Below, in pieces: positions 19,665 through 28,897 of a DNA stretch of 64,000 nt. Made by a program: the position numbers and the translations under genes. The stretch covers positions 79,687 through 143,686 of the forward strand of contig CAYWYR010000006.1 in the NCBI GenBank assembly GCA_964462685.1. Direction: 5' to 3'. The notes beneath the pieces were generated by a model. It made no database searches. It was not told the origin of the DNA and saw nothing but the letters and a program-made list of their open reading frames with translations. Positions within the stretch are counted from its first letter, which is position 1. Each line of letters starts with the position of its first letter. The DNA is from an uncultured Hyphomicrobiales bacterium. Lineage in GTDB: Bacteria > Bacteroidota > Ignavibacteria > Kapaibacteriales > UBA2268.

Positions 19665-21764
19665 ATGGCGGTTAAAAAAGGCAATACTAAGCAAATAGAG
19701 AAGGCTCTTGAAAATGTTGACTTTTTTGTCAATACAAAAGGCCTCTCTCACAAAACTCTTAATCTTTCAAAAGATGACCTTGTATCAGCACTTCGCCTGA
19801 TGATCACTGCACGCCAAACAGATGACAAACACCTCACACTAGTTAAGCAAGGTAAATCTTTCTTCCATATCGGTGTTTCCGGCCATGAGTGTATTCAGGT
19901 AGCTGTAGCTGGCCAGATGAGACAAGAAGATTATGCTTGGACATACTACAGGGACATGGCTATAGCTTACACCAAAGGCATGACCATGAAAGATTATTTT
20001 ATGCTTGCCTTCGCCAAGAAAGACTGTATGGCTACTGGCGGCCGCCAAATGCCCGGTCACTTCGGCCATCCAGATTATAATATGCCTACTCAGTCTTCAC
20101 CTACGGGTACGCAGTTCCTTCCAGCCGTAGGTACTGCACTCGCAGGTAGAAAATTAGGTACAGAAGAGATTACTTATGTAGCTTCAGGTGAAGGTACGAC
20201 ATCGCAAGGTGAGTTTTTTGAAGCCGTTAACTGGGCGCACAGAGAAAAATTACCGGTCATCTTCTGCATTCAGGATAATGGTTATGCGATCTCAGTAAAA
20301 AGAGAAGATCAAGGTGCAGGTGGTACGGTACTGGATTATTTCGGCAACTATCCGAATCTGAAAAAAATACGTGTTGACGGTACAAATTATCTGGAGTCTG
20401 TTAAAGCTGCCCGTGAAGCTATGGAATGGATGAGAGCAGGTAAAGGTCCTGTTCTGATGCACGCTCTTGTAGAAAGGCTTCTGCCTCATTCTTCATCGGA
20501 TGACCATAGAAAGTACCGCCCTGAAGAAGATCTGGAAGAAGCGAAGAACGAAAAAGACTGTATCCAGATACTTTCGGATTATCTTGTTAAGAACAATATG
20601 ATGAAAGCCGAAGAGATCGATCAGATGTTCAAAGATGTTCGCAAGGAACTTGATGAAGCCGCTGATTGGGCTTGGGAACAAGAAGACCCTGTAGCCGAAG
20701 ACTCAGTTAAGCAGAACTTCGCCGATCCTTCGACTAGAGATCTCGACTATGCAACTTCAGAACCTACTGAAGGCGAGCCAGTAGTACTTGTAGATGGTAT
20801 CAATCACGCACTTCACGAAGAGATGAAGCGTAATGACAAAATGTATATCTTCGGTGAAGACGTTGAGGACGGTAAAGGTGGGGTGTTCACAGCAACACGA
20901 GGTCTATCTGAATCATTTGGTAAGGATAGGGTATTCAACTCTCCACTCGCCGAAGCATCTATCGCTGGTGTGGCTCTCGGTATGGCGGTTAGAGGCTTAA
21001 AACCAGTTGTAGAAGTACAGTTCGGAGATTATATCTGGCCTGCATTTATGCAGTATAAAAATGAGATCTCAGCCATGAGATTCAGATCAGACGGGCATTT
21101 TTCAGCTCCAGTTGTTACTCGTGTGGCAGTAGGTGGTTATATTCATGGCGGGCTTTGCCACAGCCAGAATATTGAAGCGATTTTTTCGCATGTTCCAGGC
21201 CTGTTTATCGCATACCCTTCTAACGCAGCAGATGCGAAAGGGCTTTTGAAAACAGCTTGCCGTATTGACGACCCGGTTATCTTCTGCGAGCACAAAGGTA
21301 TGTACAGACTTCCATTCGCCCGTGTTACCGAACCTGATGATAACTATCTAATACCATTTGGTAAAGGTAAGATAGTAACCGAGGGTACCGATCTTACAGT
21401 AGTAACTTATGGTATGGGTGTAAAAGACTCATTTAACGCAGCTAAAAAAATTGAAAAAGAGACTGGTAAGAAAGTAGAGATTGTCGATCTTAGGACTATA
21501 GTGCCATGGGATCAGGAACTTGTACTTGAATCGGTTAAGAAAACTAGCCGCTGTCTAGTTGTGCATGAAGATACTATGACAACATCGGTAAGCGGAAATA
21601 TCACTTCACTTATAGCAGACGAGGGCTTCCATTATCTTGATGCACCCATTAAGCGTGTTACAGCAAAGGATTCACACATACCATACCATCCAGTTTATGA
21701 AATGGACGTACTTCCTACTGAAGAAAAGATTTTCGATGCTATGAAAGAAGTACTGAACTTCTGA
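19665..21764 (+). CDS. 2-oxoacid (branched-chain/pyruvate-type) dehydrogenase E1 component, fused alpha and beta subunits
   Basis: N-terminal half has the TPP-binding alpha-subunit region (ASGEGTTSQGEFFEAVNWA). C-terminal half has the beta-subunit transketolase-like region (YIFGEDVEDGKGGVFTATRGL, EVQFGDYI). Total length is 699 aa. Confidence 0.8.
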   Translation: MAVKKGNTKQIEKALENVDFFVNTKGLSHKTLNLSKDDLVSALRLMITARQTDDKHLTLVKQGKSFFHIGVSGHECIQVAVAGQMRQEDYAWTYYRDMAIAYTKGMTMKDYFMLAFAKKDCMATGGRQMPGHFGHPDYNMPTQSSPTGTQFLPAVGTALAGRKLGTEEITYVASGEGTTSQGEFFEAVNWAHREKLPVIFCIQDNGYAISVKREDQGAGGTVLDYFGNYPNLKKIRVDGTNYLESVKAAREAMEWMRAGKGPVLMHALVERLLPHSSSDDHRKYRPEEDLEEAKNEKDCIQILSDYLVKNNMMKAEEIDQMFKDVRKELDEAADWAWEQEDPVAEDSVKQNFADPSTRDLDYATSEPTEGEPVVLVDGINHALHEEMKRNDKMYIFGEDVEDGKGGVFTATRGLSESFGKDRVFNSPLAEASIAGVALGMAVRGLKPVVEVQFGDYIWPAFMQYKNEISAMRFRSDGHFSAPVVTRVAVGGYIHGGLCHSQNIEAIFSHVPGLFIAYPSNAADAKGLLKTACRIDDPVIFCEHKGMYRLPFARVTEPDDNYLIPFGKGKIVTEGTDLTVVTYGMGVKDSFNAAKKIEKETGKKVEIVDLRTIVPWDQELVLESVKKTSRCLVVHEDTMTTSVSGNITSLIADEGFHYLDAPIKRVTAKDSHIPYHPVYEMDVLPTEEKIFDAMKEVLNF

Positions 21765-21804
21765 GTTAACTCTAAACATTCTCAGAGAAATTAAGTAGAT
21801 AATC

Positions 21805-21836
21805 AAAGCCTTTCAGTAATGGAAGGCTTTTTTTAT
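21805..21836 (+). terminator. Intrinsic terminator after the E1 gene
   Basis: AAAGCCTT-loop-AAGGCTTT stem followed by TTTTTTT. Confidence 0.6.
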
Positions 21837-21844
21837 ATTCGGGA

Positions 21845-22114
21845 ATGAGAGAGATTCGATGGGACGAAGAAAAAAATAAGGTTTTGATCAGAACTCGGGG
21901 AGTCAGTTTTGACGAGGTAAAAGACCTTATCGAAAACAATCAAATACTTGATATCATAAAAGTACCCAATAATGAAAAGTATCCTAACCAAAAAGGCTTC
22001 GTACTGAAAATTAGAGGCTATGTACATCTTGTACCTTTTGTTCAAGATAGTAAGACAATTTTTTTGAAAACTGTTATACCAAATAGAAAACTAAATAAGA
22101 AATATGGTAAATAA
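21845..22114 (+). CDS. BrnT-like (DUF497) ribonuclease toxin
   Basis: MREIRWDEEKNKVLIRTRGVSFDEV parallels the BrnT N-terminus (..EWD..K...N..KHGVSFEEA); 89 aa; overlaps the next ORF by 11 nt. Confidence 0.5.
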   Translation: MREIRWDEEKNKVLIRTRGVSFDEVKDLIENNQILDIIKVPNNEKYPNQKGFVLKIRGYVHLVPFVQDSKTIFLKTVIPNRKLNKKYGK

Positions 22115-22454
22115 AGATATTCATTTAGATGACTATGAAAAAGAACTCCAAGATTATATAGATAAGGGAGAATATGAGTCTGTAGAAAATTTGGAAGAAC
22201 AAAAGAAGTACTATGCTGATATAGCAAGACATTCGATCAATCAAGATATCCAAAAAAAGTATGGTGATTCAGCTATAGCTGATGCTATCGTAAAACTTAA
22301 ATCAATAACCGGTAAAGTCTTCTCTGAAAAAGAGGCTAGATCTATACTGTATAAAACTATAAGTACCAGAATGAGTTTGGAAAGCTTGATTTACGAAGCT
22401 ATAAGCCAATACGTAGAACTTAAGAAAATACCTGAAAACAAAATAACTGTATAA
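22104..22454 (+). CDS. Putative BrnA-like antitoxin (C-terminal RHH-like segment)
   Basis: Gene order (toxin then antitoxin), translational overlap, and size match the BrnTA arrangement. The C-terminal segment ISTRMSLESLIYEAISQYVEL is RHH-like. Confidence 0.35.
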   Translation: MVNKDIHLDDYEKELQDYIDKGEYESVENLEEQKKYYADIARHSINQDIQKKYGDSAIADAIVKLKSITGKVFSEKEARSILYKTISTRMSLESLIYEAISQYVELKKIPENKITV

Positions 22455-22457
22455 GCC

Positions 22458-22682
22458 ATGAACACACTATATATTGCAAAACCATCTGATTCAGCTACGG
22501 AAAAGGCACTGATAGCAATACTCGATACTTTGAAAATCGATTATGATCTTAATGAGAACGGGGATAATACCTATAGTAAAACATTTACTATGAAAATACT
22601 TGAAAGCAAGAGGCAAATTGAAAACGGAGAATATACTGAAGTCAATTTTGATGAATTAGATAAATATTTAGGGTTGTCGTGA
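22458..22682 (+). CDS. Putative antitoxin of a YefM/YoeB-like module
   Basis: 74-aa ORF ending in a GTGA overlap with the downstream YoeB-like gene; position and size fit an antitoxin, but sequence similarity to YefM is weak. Confidence 0.3.
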   Translation: MNTLYIAKPSDSATEKALIAILDTLKIDYDLNENGDNTYSKTFTMKILESKRQIENGEYTEVNFDELDKYLGLS

Positions 22683-22948
22683 AGACTTATGTAGTTCGAT
22701 TTTCTAAGATTGCTGAAAAAGATATTGATGAATTAAAAAAAAGAAATGATCTCAAATCATTAAACCGCATACCTAAATTAATAAGTAGTATTGTAGAAAA
22801 TCCATTCAAAGGGCTGGGTAAACCTGAGCCTTTAAAGTATAATTTGTCAGGTCTATGGTCGTGAAGGATTGATAAAAAAAATAGATTGGTCTATGAGATC
22901 GATAACGAGAATATTCTTGTTATATCAGTTATTGGCCACTACATATAA
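22679..22948 (+). pseudogene. YoeB/Txe-family toxin gene interrupted by an in-frame TGA (at 22862..22864)
   Basis: Translation reads MKTYVVRFSKIAEKDIDELKK...NPFKGLGKPEPLKYNLSGLWS*RIDKKNRLVYEIDNENILVISVIGHYI. This aligns over the full length to E. coli YoeB (...[47 protein letters not shown]). The stop replaces the conserved Arg, and the catalytic His-Tyr C-terminus lies after it. Confidence 0.6.
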
Positions 22949-22970
22949 TCTAGTTGATTTGCTCTCTAAT

Positions 22971-24092
22971 TTACTTCCCTAATAGAGTTTTCAAGGCATT
23001 TCTAATCTCTTTACCGGTCTTATCTTCTAAATAGCCGGATATTTTATAAAGTATAATTCCATCTCTATTAGTTATGATTGTTGTCGGGTACCCATCAGGA
23101 ATCCGGGAACTGAAAGCATATTCTTTCGGTACATATAGATATTTATAGTTGTATCCCTTTTTTGTTGCGTAAATCGAATCTCTCACTATAATTCGTTCAT
23201 CTTCAAAGTCATCTATAGACACACTAAACACATCATACGATCCTTTTGATTCTAGATGTAAGGAGTCTAGCAGCGGTTTGATCTGCTGGCATGGCGGGCA
23301 GGACATATATGTAAATGTTATTACAAAGTGGTCGAACTTTGATCTATCATAACTGGGATAAATGTGCGTAAAATCGAATATAGAGTCAGATGTAGTCTGA
23401 CTATTATCATATTCGGCAATCATTTCATCTAATGATTTCATTGGCTCATTAGGCACAAAATCCTCTAGTTCCAATAACGAATCCTTAATACTCTTTAAGT
23501 CAGAATCATAATTATATTCTTTATAATTATTATAGTAAAATGCGTAATATTGCTGGTCTAAATATTGTTTTGAATCATAAATACTTCTAGACTGAGTTAG
23601 TTTGTCGTTGTTATATAAATATCTATCATTCCAAGTGCTTCCGTCTTCTTCGATAGATTGATATATAACTGTATTTCGTTTAATCTTTTTAGTAGTTATC
23701 CCTTTTGACACATCCTTTTCTAGATCAATAATATCTTGATTTACTTTTTCTAGACTAAATCTATAATCAGGAGAATCATTTGCATTATAATAAAAACTTC
23801 TTACCTCGGTGCCTGATGTATCTACATACCATGTCCCAGTATAAGAAGTATCATTATAATAAACTCTGTTTGATCTGTAAGTGGTTTCTTTATCAGTAAT
23901 AATATAGAATTTTAGAGTATCAGTACCTGATGTATAATATCGAACGATATAGTTGGCGATCGTTGTATCAACTCTACCCAATGCTTTCCAATTTTTTTCT
24001 ACCTCATACTGATATACATTGATTGTATCCGCACCAATATATAAAGCCGATAAAAGGAAAAGCGAACTCATAAAGATTAGATTCTTTAACAT
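22971..24092 (-). CDS. TlpA-like thioredoxin-fold thiol:disulfide oxidoreductase with long Tyr/Asn-rich N-terminal domain
   Basis: Signal peptide, CPPC active-site motif in FTYMSCPPCQQIKPLLD, C-terminal thioredoxin-like ~120 aa. Confidence 0.5.
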   Translation of the reverse strand: MLKNLIFMSSLFLLSALYIGADTINVYQYEVEKNWKALGRVDTTIANYIVRYYTSGTDTLKFYIITDKETTYRSNRVYYNDTSYTGTWYVDTSGTEVRSFYYNANDSPDYRFSLEKVNQDIIDLEKDVSKGITTKKIKRNTVIYQSIEEDGSTWNDRYLYNNDKLTQSRSIYDSKQYLDQQYYAFYYNNYKEYNYDSDLKSIKDSLLELEDFVPNEPMKSLDEMIAEYDNSQTTSDSIFDFTHIYPSYDRSKFDHFVITFTYMSCPPCQQIKPLLDSLHLESKGSYDVFSVSIDDFEDERIIVRDSIYATKKGYNYKYLYVPKEYAFSSRIPDGYPTTIITNRDGIILYKISGYLEDKTGKEIRNALKTLLGK

Positions 24093-24119
24093 TTGCTTGT
24101 CACATAAATTTTAAACTAA

Positions 24120-24154
24120 ATAAAAAAAAGCCAGATCACATCTGCGACCTGGCT
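24120..24154 (-). terminator. Intrinsic terminator after icd
   Basis: GCCAG...CTGGC hairpin with T8 on the minus strand. Confidence 0.45.
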
Positions 24155-24186
24155 TTCATATGGTAATAATCTATTACTACTTCTTC

Positions 24187-25659
24187 TTACTCGCCTTGGC
24201 CTAATGAATAACCAAGCTGCCCGTCGAAAGTATAGAGGTTTTCTGTTTTTACTACATCACAGCCCAAAGCTTCGATATTTGTAAGTAGCTCTATAATGTC
24301 TTTGTTGTGGACTGAAGCAAGGCCTTCTATTTGACCTTTTTTGTTGGCTTTATTCCAGAAGCGGCATCTCCAGTGATCTGTCTTGAATGTTTCTGGCATG
24401 CCGTCAGGCCATACTTTGACACCGCGGTTAGTAATCATCTTTATTACCAGATTACCTTTGGATGCTTCATTAAGGATAGCACCGAGTTTTTCCGGATCGC
24501 GGTTCTCCTCATCCCAATCGATGAAAGCATCAACACCTACAAGCTGCTTGTTCTGCTTTTTAATATCCTTCAAAGTAACTTTTATGGGATCGGAAGAAGC
24601 AGGGAAGTCTGCTTTCTTAAGTTCTTTTGGTTCTTTGCCGAGATTATTTATCACTGCATCGGCAAACTCTTTTGTCCCAGCTTTCTCTTTTGATTTTGAA
24701 GGATCCCATATATCACCCGTATGTATGCCTTCTTCTAGTGTCGCCATCAAAGCATTATGGATTTTAGCTGCTATTTCACCCTTACCAAGGTGTAGAAGCA
24801 TCAAAATAGCCCCGTTAATAAGCCCTGATGGGTTTGCGATGTTCTGTCCCGATATATCAGGTGCGGAACCGTGGATAGCTTCAAACATGGCAAATCCATC
24901 GCCTACGTTTGAACTGCCGCCAAGGCCTACTGAACCTGATATCTGAGCCGCGATATCAGATATGATATCGCCGTAAAGGTTTAGTGTAACTATTACATCG
25001 AATCTCTCTGGAGTGTCAGCTAATCTCGCGGAGCCGATATCGATGATATAGTGTTCTGATTCGATTTCCGGATATTCAACTTTTATCTCGTTGAATACCT
25101 CATGGAACAGCCCATCAGTAAGCTTCATGATATTGTCTTTGGACATACACGTAACTTTTTTGCGGCCGTATTGCTTGGCATACTCAAATGCATAGCGGAT
25201 TATCTTTTCACAGCCAGGGCGTGATACGAGCTTAAGGCACTGATAGACCTCATCAGTCTGTCTGTGTTCTATACCAGCATATAGATCTTCTTCGTTCTCG
25301 CGTACGATAACAAGATCCATCTCAGGGAAATGTGAGTGTACATAAGGCACATAAGCCTGGCAAGGCCTTACATTTGCATAGAGGCCAAGTGTTTTTCTGA
25401 CCGTTACATTGAGTGATTTGTAGCCTCCGCCCTGCGGGGTGGTAATAGGTGCTTTCAGAAAGACTTTATTGTTTCTTAAAGTATCCCAGGAATCATTTGA
25501 GATGCCTGCCGTAAGGCCTGATAGATAGACTTTCTCGCCTATGTCAATCGTATCATACTCCAGATCCGCACCAGCGGCATCAAGTATTCGCAGTGTTGCA
25601 TCCATTATCTCCGGTCCGATTCCGTCACCATGGGCAACAGTCACTCTTTGCTTAGACAT
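24187..25659 (-). CDS. icd: Isocitrate dehydrogenase (isocitrate/isopropylmalate dehydrogenase family) with ~150-aa C-terminal extension
   Basis: RPCQAYVPY and VRENEEDLYAGIEHRQ substrate-binding region, NLYGDIISD(I)AAQISGSVGLGGSSNVG metal/NAD(P) segment; 490 aa. Confidence 0.8.
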   Translation of the reverse strand: MSKQRVTVAHGDGIGPEIMDATLRILDAAGADLEYDTIDIGEKVYLSGLTAGISNDSWDTLRNNKVFLKAPITTPQGGGYKSLNVTVRKTLGLYANVRPCQAYVPYVHSHFPEMDLVIVRENEEDLYAGIEHRQTDEVYQCLKLVSRPGCEKIIRYAFEYAKQYGRKKVTCMSKDNIMKLTDGLFHEVFNEIKVEYPEIESEHYIIDIGSARLADTPERFDVIVTLNLYGDIISDIAAQISGSVGLGGSSNVGDGFAMFEAIHGSAPDISGQNIANPSGLINGAILMLLHLGKGEIAAKIHNALMATLEEGIHTGDIWDPSKSKEKAGTKEFADAVINNLGKEPKELKKADFPASSDPIKVTLKDIKKQNKQLVGVDAFIDWDEENRDPEKLGAILNEASKGNLVIKMITNRGVKVWPDGMPETFKTDHWRCRFWNKANKKGQIEGLASVHNKDIIELLTNIEALGCDVVKTENLYTFDGQLGYSLGQGE

Positions 25660-25714
25660 TGTTTTGTATTATATTTTTTTTGAAAAACGTTTTTTGCTTT
25701 TTTGCAATTTAGCA

Positions 25715-26374
25715 TTATTTGATTATCTCTCCAGCCTCATTCGCCCAAAAGAGCAAATCCAGATGGTCCACGGGGATGCCGACTTGTACGGAATAGCCCA
25801 AGAATATTTTCTCGATAGTCTTATATCGTTTTGCTGTCGATATGTTCGGTAACTCGTCTAGTGCCCCGGCCGCTACCATATTTTTTAGGATATGTCTATC
25901 CAGTATTACCAAATCCGTGTAGCCGATGTTCCTCATAAAATGAGATGCTTCTTTAAGTCCGAAACCGTTGATCTTTTCCGCTAATGTATCGCGCTTTATG
26001 TATTTGTTCTTTTTTGATAAAAGCAGCTCTTCTATTTCATGCCATTGCTCTTTGATCTTTAGCAACCGGGCGCTTTTCTGATTGTGAAATCTGATATAAT
26101 GCTGTTTATCTTCTAGAATTGCTACTGGGTCGGTATCATTGTATTTGAAATCTATAGATTCAAGCCTATTCTGTACCATCAAGGCATTAGCCGCTTTTGA
26201 CTGAGGTGTACAGATACAAAAGCAAAGCTCGTAAAAATACTTTTCTTTGTCAATTGCCGAGAATTCATCCAACCTTTGTTCTATCTTTGGTTTTATAGAT
26301 ATATACTTATCATATAGCGCATTAGGCAAGGTGTACAAATCATACCTCGGTAAAGTTTTCTCGGAGCCTTTCAC
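25715..26374 (-). CDS. Ogg2-type 8-oxoguanine DNA glycosylase / N-glycosylase-DNA lyase (HhH-GPD)
   Basis: GFGLKEASHFMRNIGYTDLVILDRHILKNM matches the Ogg2 HhH-GPD core (catalytic Lys and Asp contexts); ~219 aa as in archaeal/Thermotoga Ogg2. Confidence 0.55.
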   Translation of the reverse strand: MKGSEKTLPRYDLYTLPNALYDKYISIKPKIEQRLDEFSAIDKEKYFYELCFCICTPQSKAANALMVQNRLESIDFKYNDTDPVAILEDKQHYIRFHNQKSARLLKIKEQWHEIEELLLSKKNKYIKRDTLAEKINGFGLKEASHFMRNIGYTDLVILDRHILKNMVAAGALDELPNISTAKRYKTIEKIFLGYSVQVGIPVDHLDLLFWANEAGEIIK

Positions 26375-28496
26375 GAAGTTCTTCCTGTTGGCTGTAGGTA
26401 TTGTTCAGATCGCTGCTGAGTTCGATATTCTTGTCTTCTGCCGCTTTTATATCGGCAAGTGTCTGGTCATGCTTCTTTTTTTCAGATAGCAAACTGTTTT
26501 CGACCGATACGCGTTCCTTTTTGAGCCTTTCTATATCATCCTTCTTAAGGAAACCGACTATCCAACGGTAAATAAGTTTGGATGATAAAAGCAGTAATAC
26601 CGCCGAAGCTATAGCAATTAGGAAATTGATGATTTCAACAGACTCCTGATGGGCGAAAAAAGAGTTGAATATCCAGTCTCCAAGCATATATATTATAATA
26701 CCTATCACACCGAGCGTCAGAAAAGTCATCGATAGGCGATCGTTCTTCTTTTCGGCAAACTGACCTAAATCAGCGTTTATCACAGAAAGTCTCTTTTCAT
26801 ACTTTTTTATACTATCAGAAGATTTTTTTTGTGACTCAGTCAGTTTCGAAAGCTTTGACTTTATAGTCTTTGTCTCTGTATTATAAAGTTTCCGTTTCTT
26901 TTCTAACTGAAGTAGGTTACTGTCAACGCTTTTTTTATACTGATCCCAAATATCCAATGGTATTTTGCTTATTGTCTCATTGTCTTCAAATAAGGATGAA
27001 TACTCATTGAAAATAATTTTTCTGCCAGGGCTAATCGAATAAGTGTATTTATTCTTGATAAAAATATCAGGGTAGATGTTGATCAGTTTTTCTATATCTG
27101 AAAATATCTTCTCCCCTTCATATTCAAAATCTACCAGGGCGGGGATATGGAATTTCTCGAACTTAGCTAAGAATCGAAATGTATTAAGATCTTCATCAGT
27201 ATAATCACTGAGTTCGTGTTTTAAATCCAGGTAGGTAGTGCCTATATTATCTAGATATTCCGCTACCTCACCGGAAAAATTTAAATATGATCCAAGTAAC
27301 CTGAACGGTTTTTTAAGGCAGAGCCTAGCTTCATTATCATCCACAAAATAATAATTACTCAGTATAGCGTACCAAAAGTTATCTCTTTGCTGCGTTATTA
27401 TAGACATTAGCCTGGAATCAACTTCACCGATTACCGCCAACGCGAATACAAGATACTTTTCGTTATCGGGTATATATTCAAAAGCCTGCTCGGTGAATTC
27501 AGATATACCGTCTATAAAATCTTTCTCCTTATCACCGTTACTTAGTTTTTCAAGGTGCCAGTCGGTAAGTTTGGGGTGTCCGTTGTATAAATGCCATACT
27601 CGTTCTAAAGTAGTATCGGGATCCAGGCCGAGCGATTCGACGATATCTTTTAGCTCGTCTTTTCTATAGTAATTCAGACCTGTATATTCAATATTGTCGA
27701 TCTCCGTTAATGCGGTATCGCTAGTCAATGAGACCACTGGTATAATCTTGATCAGCTTATTGATATATATATCGCTATCATTGGTGGTGATACCGCTTAT
27801 ACTGAGGTCGGAGATTTTAAGGCCGCCAATGGTTTCAAGTAACTGGCCAAAGACAAATTCCGATAAGCCGTTTATTACTGTATCGCATCTTGATATATCG
27901 ATGGATAACTTGACGGGGAGCACTCCTGAATCAAGCTTTTCCATATATGAGCTGAATGAGCTTAGCTCATCATCGAATGGATAAATGGCAGTTAGTAGGT
28001 CAGCAAGAAAACATTTGGCAAGATTCGAGCTGTGATTGAGTATTGCTTTTTGGTCATTGATTCTATCGAAATGGCTCTTTACTTTTTGCGATAAATCGTA
28101 TTCTGATCCTGATAGCATCTGGGCATGCTCTGCTGATAAATACCTCTCCTTCTCGATAATAATCTCACCTAATTCGGGATCTTCTTCTTTTAACTGGTCA
28201 AAAAGAACTGTATAGCTTTCAAGATATGTACTAAGATGATATGTTTGGATCATATCACCTAGTTTATCGGCTGAACTCAGTTCGCTGTATAGGTAAGCAA
28301 GCAGATCGATATCACTGCTTATGCCCGAATCCCCAGTGATAGAAATTATTATCAGATGTGGGTATTCGTTTTTGAGAAAGTTTACTGTTTCATCAGATAT
28401 AGACCTTTTTTTTGTTCCCCAATCCCCTCTGATTATATATCCGCTGCTGCCTTCGATGATTTTTCTACCTGATCTAGATTTTAAATACCATATCAA
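26340..28496 (-). CDS. Hypothetical 718-aa protein: large N-terminal domain, coiled coil, two TM helices, C-terminal coiled coil; N-terminus possibly STAS-like
   Basis: Hydrophobic helices LTLGVIGIIIYMLGDWIFNSFF and IINFLIAIASAVLLLLSSKLIY flanked by K/E-rich heptad regions. The N-terminal HLIIISITGDSGISSDIDLLAYL faintly resembles the STAS DLS.V.FmDSSGlgvL motif. Both ends overlap the neighbouring genes. Confidence 0.3.
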   Translation of the reverse strand: MIWYLKSRSGRKIIEGSSGYIIRGDWGTKKRSISDETVNFLKNEYPHLIIISITGDSGISSDIDLLAYLYSELSSADKLGDMIQTYHLSTYLESYTVLFDQLKEEDPELGEIIIEKERYLSAEHAQMLSGSEYDLSQKVKSHFDRINDQKAILNHSSNLAKCFLADLLTAIYPFDDELSSFSSYMEKLDSGVLPVKLSIDISRCDTVINGLSEFVFGQLLETIGGLKISDLSISGITTNDSDIYINKLIKIIPVVSLTSDTALTEIDNIEYTGLNYYRKDELKDIVESLGLDPDTTLERVWHLYNGHPKLTDWHLEKLSNGDKEKDFIDGISEFTEQAFEYIPDNEKYLVFALAVIGEVDSRLMSIITQQRDNFWYAILSNYYFVDDNEARLCLKKPFRLLGSYLNFSGEVAEYLDNIGTTYLDLKHELSDYTDEDLNTFRFLAKFEKFHIPALVDFEYEGEKIFSDIEKLINIYPDIFIKNKYTYSISPGRKIIFNEYSSLFEDNETISKIPLDIWDQYKKSVDSNLLQLEKKRKLYNTETKTIKSKLSKLTESQKKSSDSIKKYEKRLSVINADLGQFAEKKNDRLSMTFLTLGVIGIIIYMLGDWIFNSFFAHQESVEIINFLIAIASAVLLLLSSKLIYRWIVGFLKKDDIERLKKERVSVENSLLSEKKKHDQTLADIKAAEDKNIELSSDLNNTYSQQEELRERLRENFTEV

Positions 28497-28890
28497 CTTG
28501 ATATCCGTTCCGGGTGTTCCGGAAAGAACTGCTCGTAGCGAGCTCCTTTATTAAGAATAAGCCTCTACCGCTCTCCTTTAAAAGATTGTCCTGATTGAGC
28601 GGATCAGGGATCTCCTCTGGCTCAAAGCCCAGCCCCTGATCGCTTATTCTGCACCACAACAGATCTTCGTTGAAACCCGCACGCACTACAACGACTTTGT
28701 TTGGATCATATTTATTGCCGTGTTTTATCGCATTGTTGAACGCCTCTGATATAGAGACCATGATATTGAAATAATGTTTTTCATCTATTGAAATATCATT
28801 GATCATATCATCGAACATCGGCTTCAGCTTGGCGACTTCGATAAGCTGGCTTGAGAATCTGCGATAAACTGTATTTTTGATGAAGTTCAA
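28474..28890 (-). CDS. RsbW/SpoIIAB-like anti-sigma regulatory factor (HATPase_c serine-protein kinase)
   Basis: 138 aa with N-box EAFNNAIKHG and G-box DQGLGFEPEE typical of GHKL partner-switching kinases. Confidence 0.6.
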   Translation of the reverse strand: MNFIKNTVYRRFSSQLIEVAKLKPMFDDMINDISIDEKHYFNIMVSISEAFNNAIKHGNKYDPNKVVVVRAGFNEDLLWCRISDQGLGFEPEEIPDPLNQDNLLKESGRGLFLIKELATSSSFRNTRNGYQVDMVFKI

Positions 28891-28897
28891 ATATTTA

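Noticed and set aside
22862-22864. Possibility that TGA is recoded (code 4/25) rather than a stop in the YoeB-like gene
   Set aside because: Neighbouring genes terminate at TGA with sensible C-termini (e.g. the 18512..19462 ORF and the E1 gene), and no other in-frame TGAs were seen inside conserved proteins (alaS, acs, uvrA), so global recoding is unlikely.
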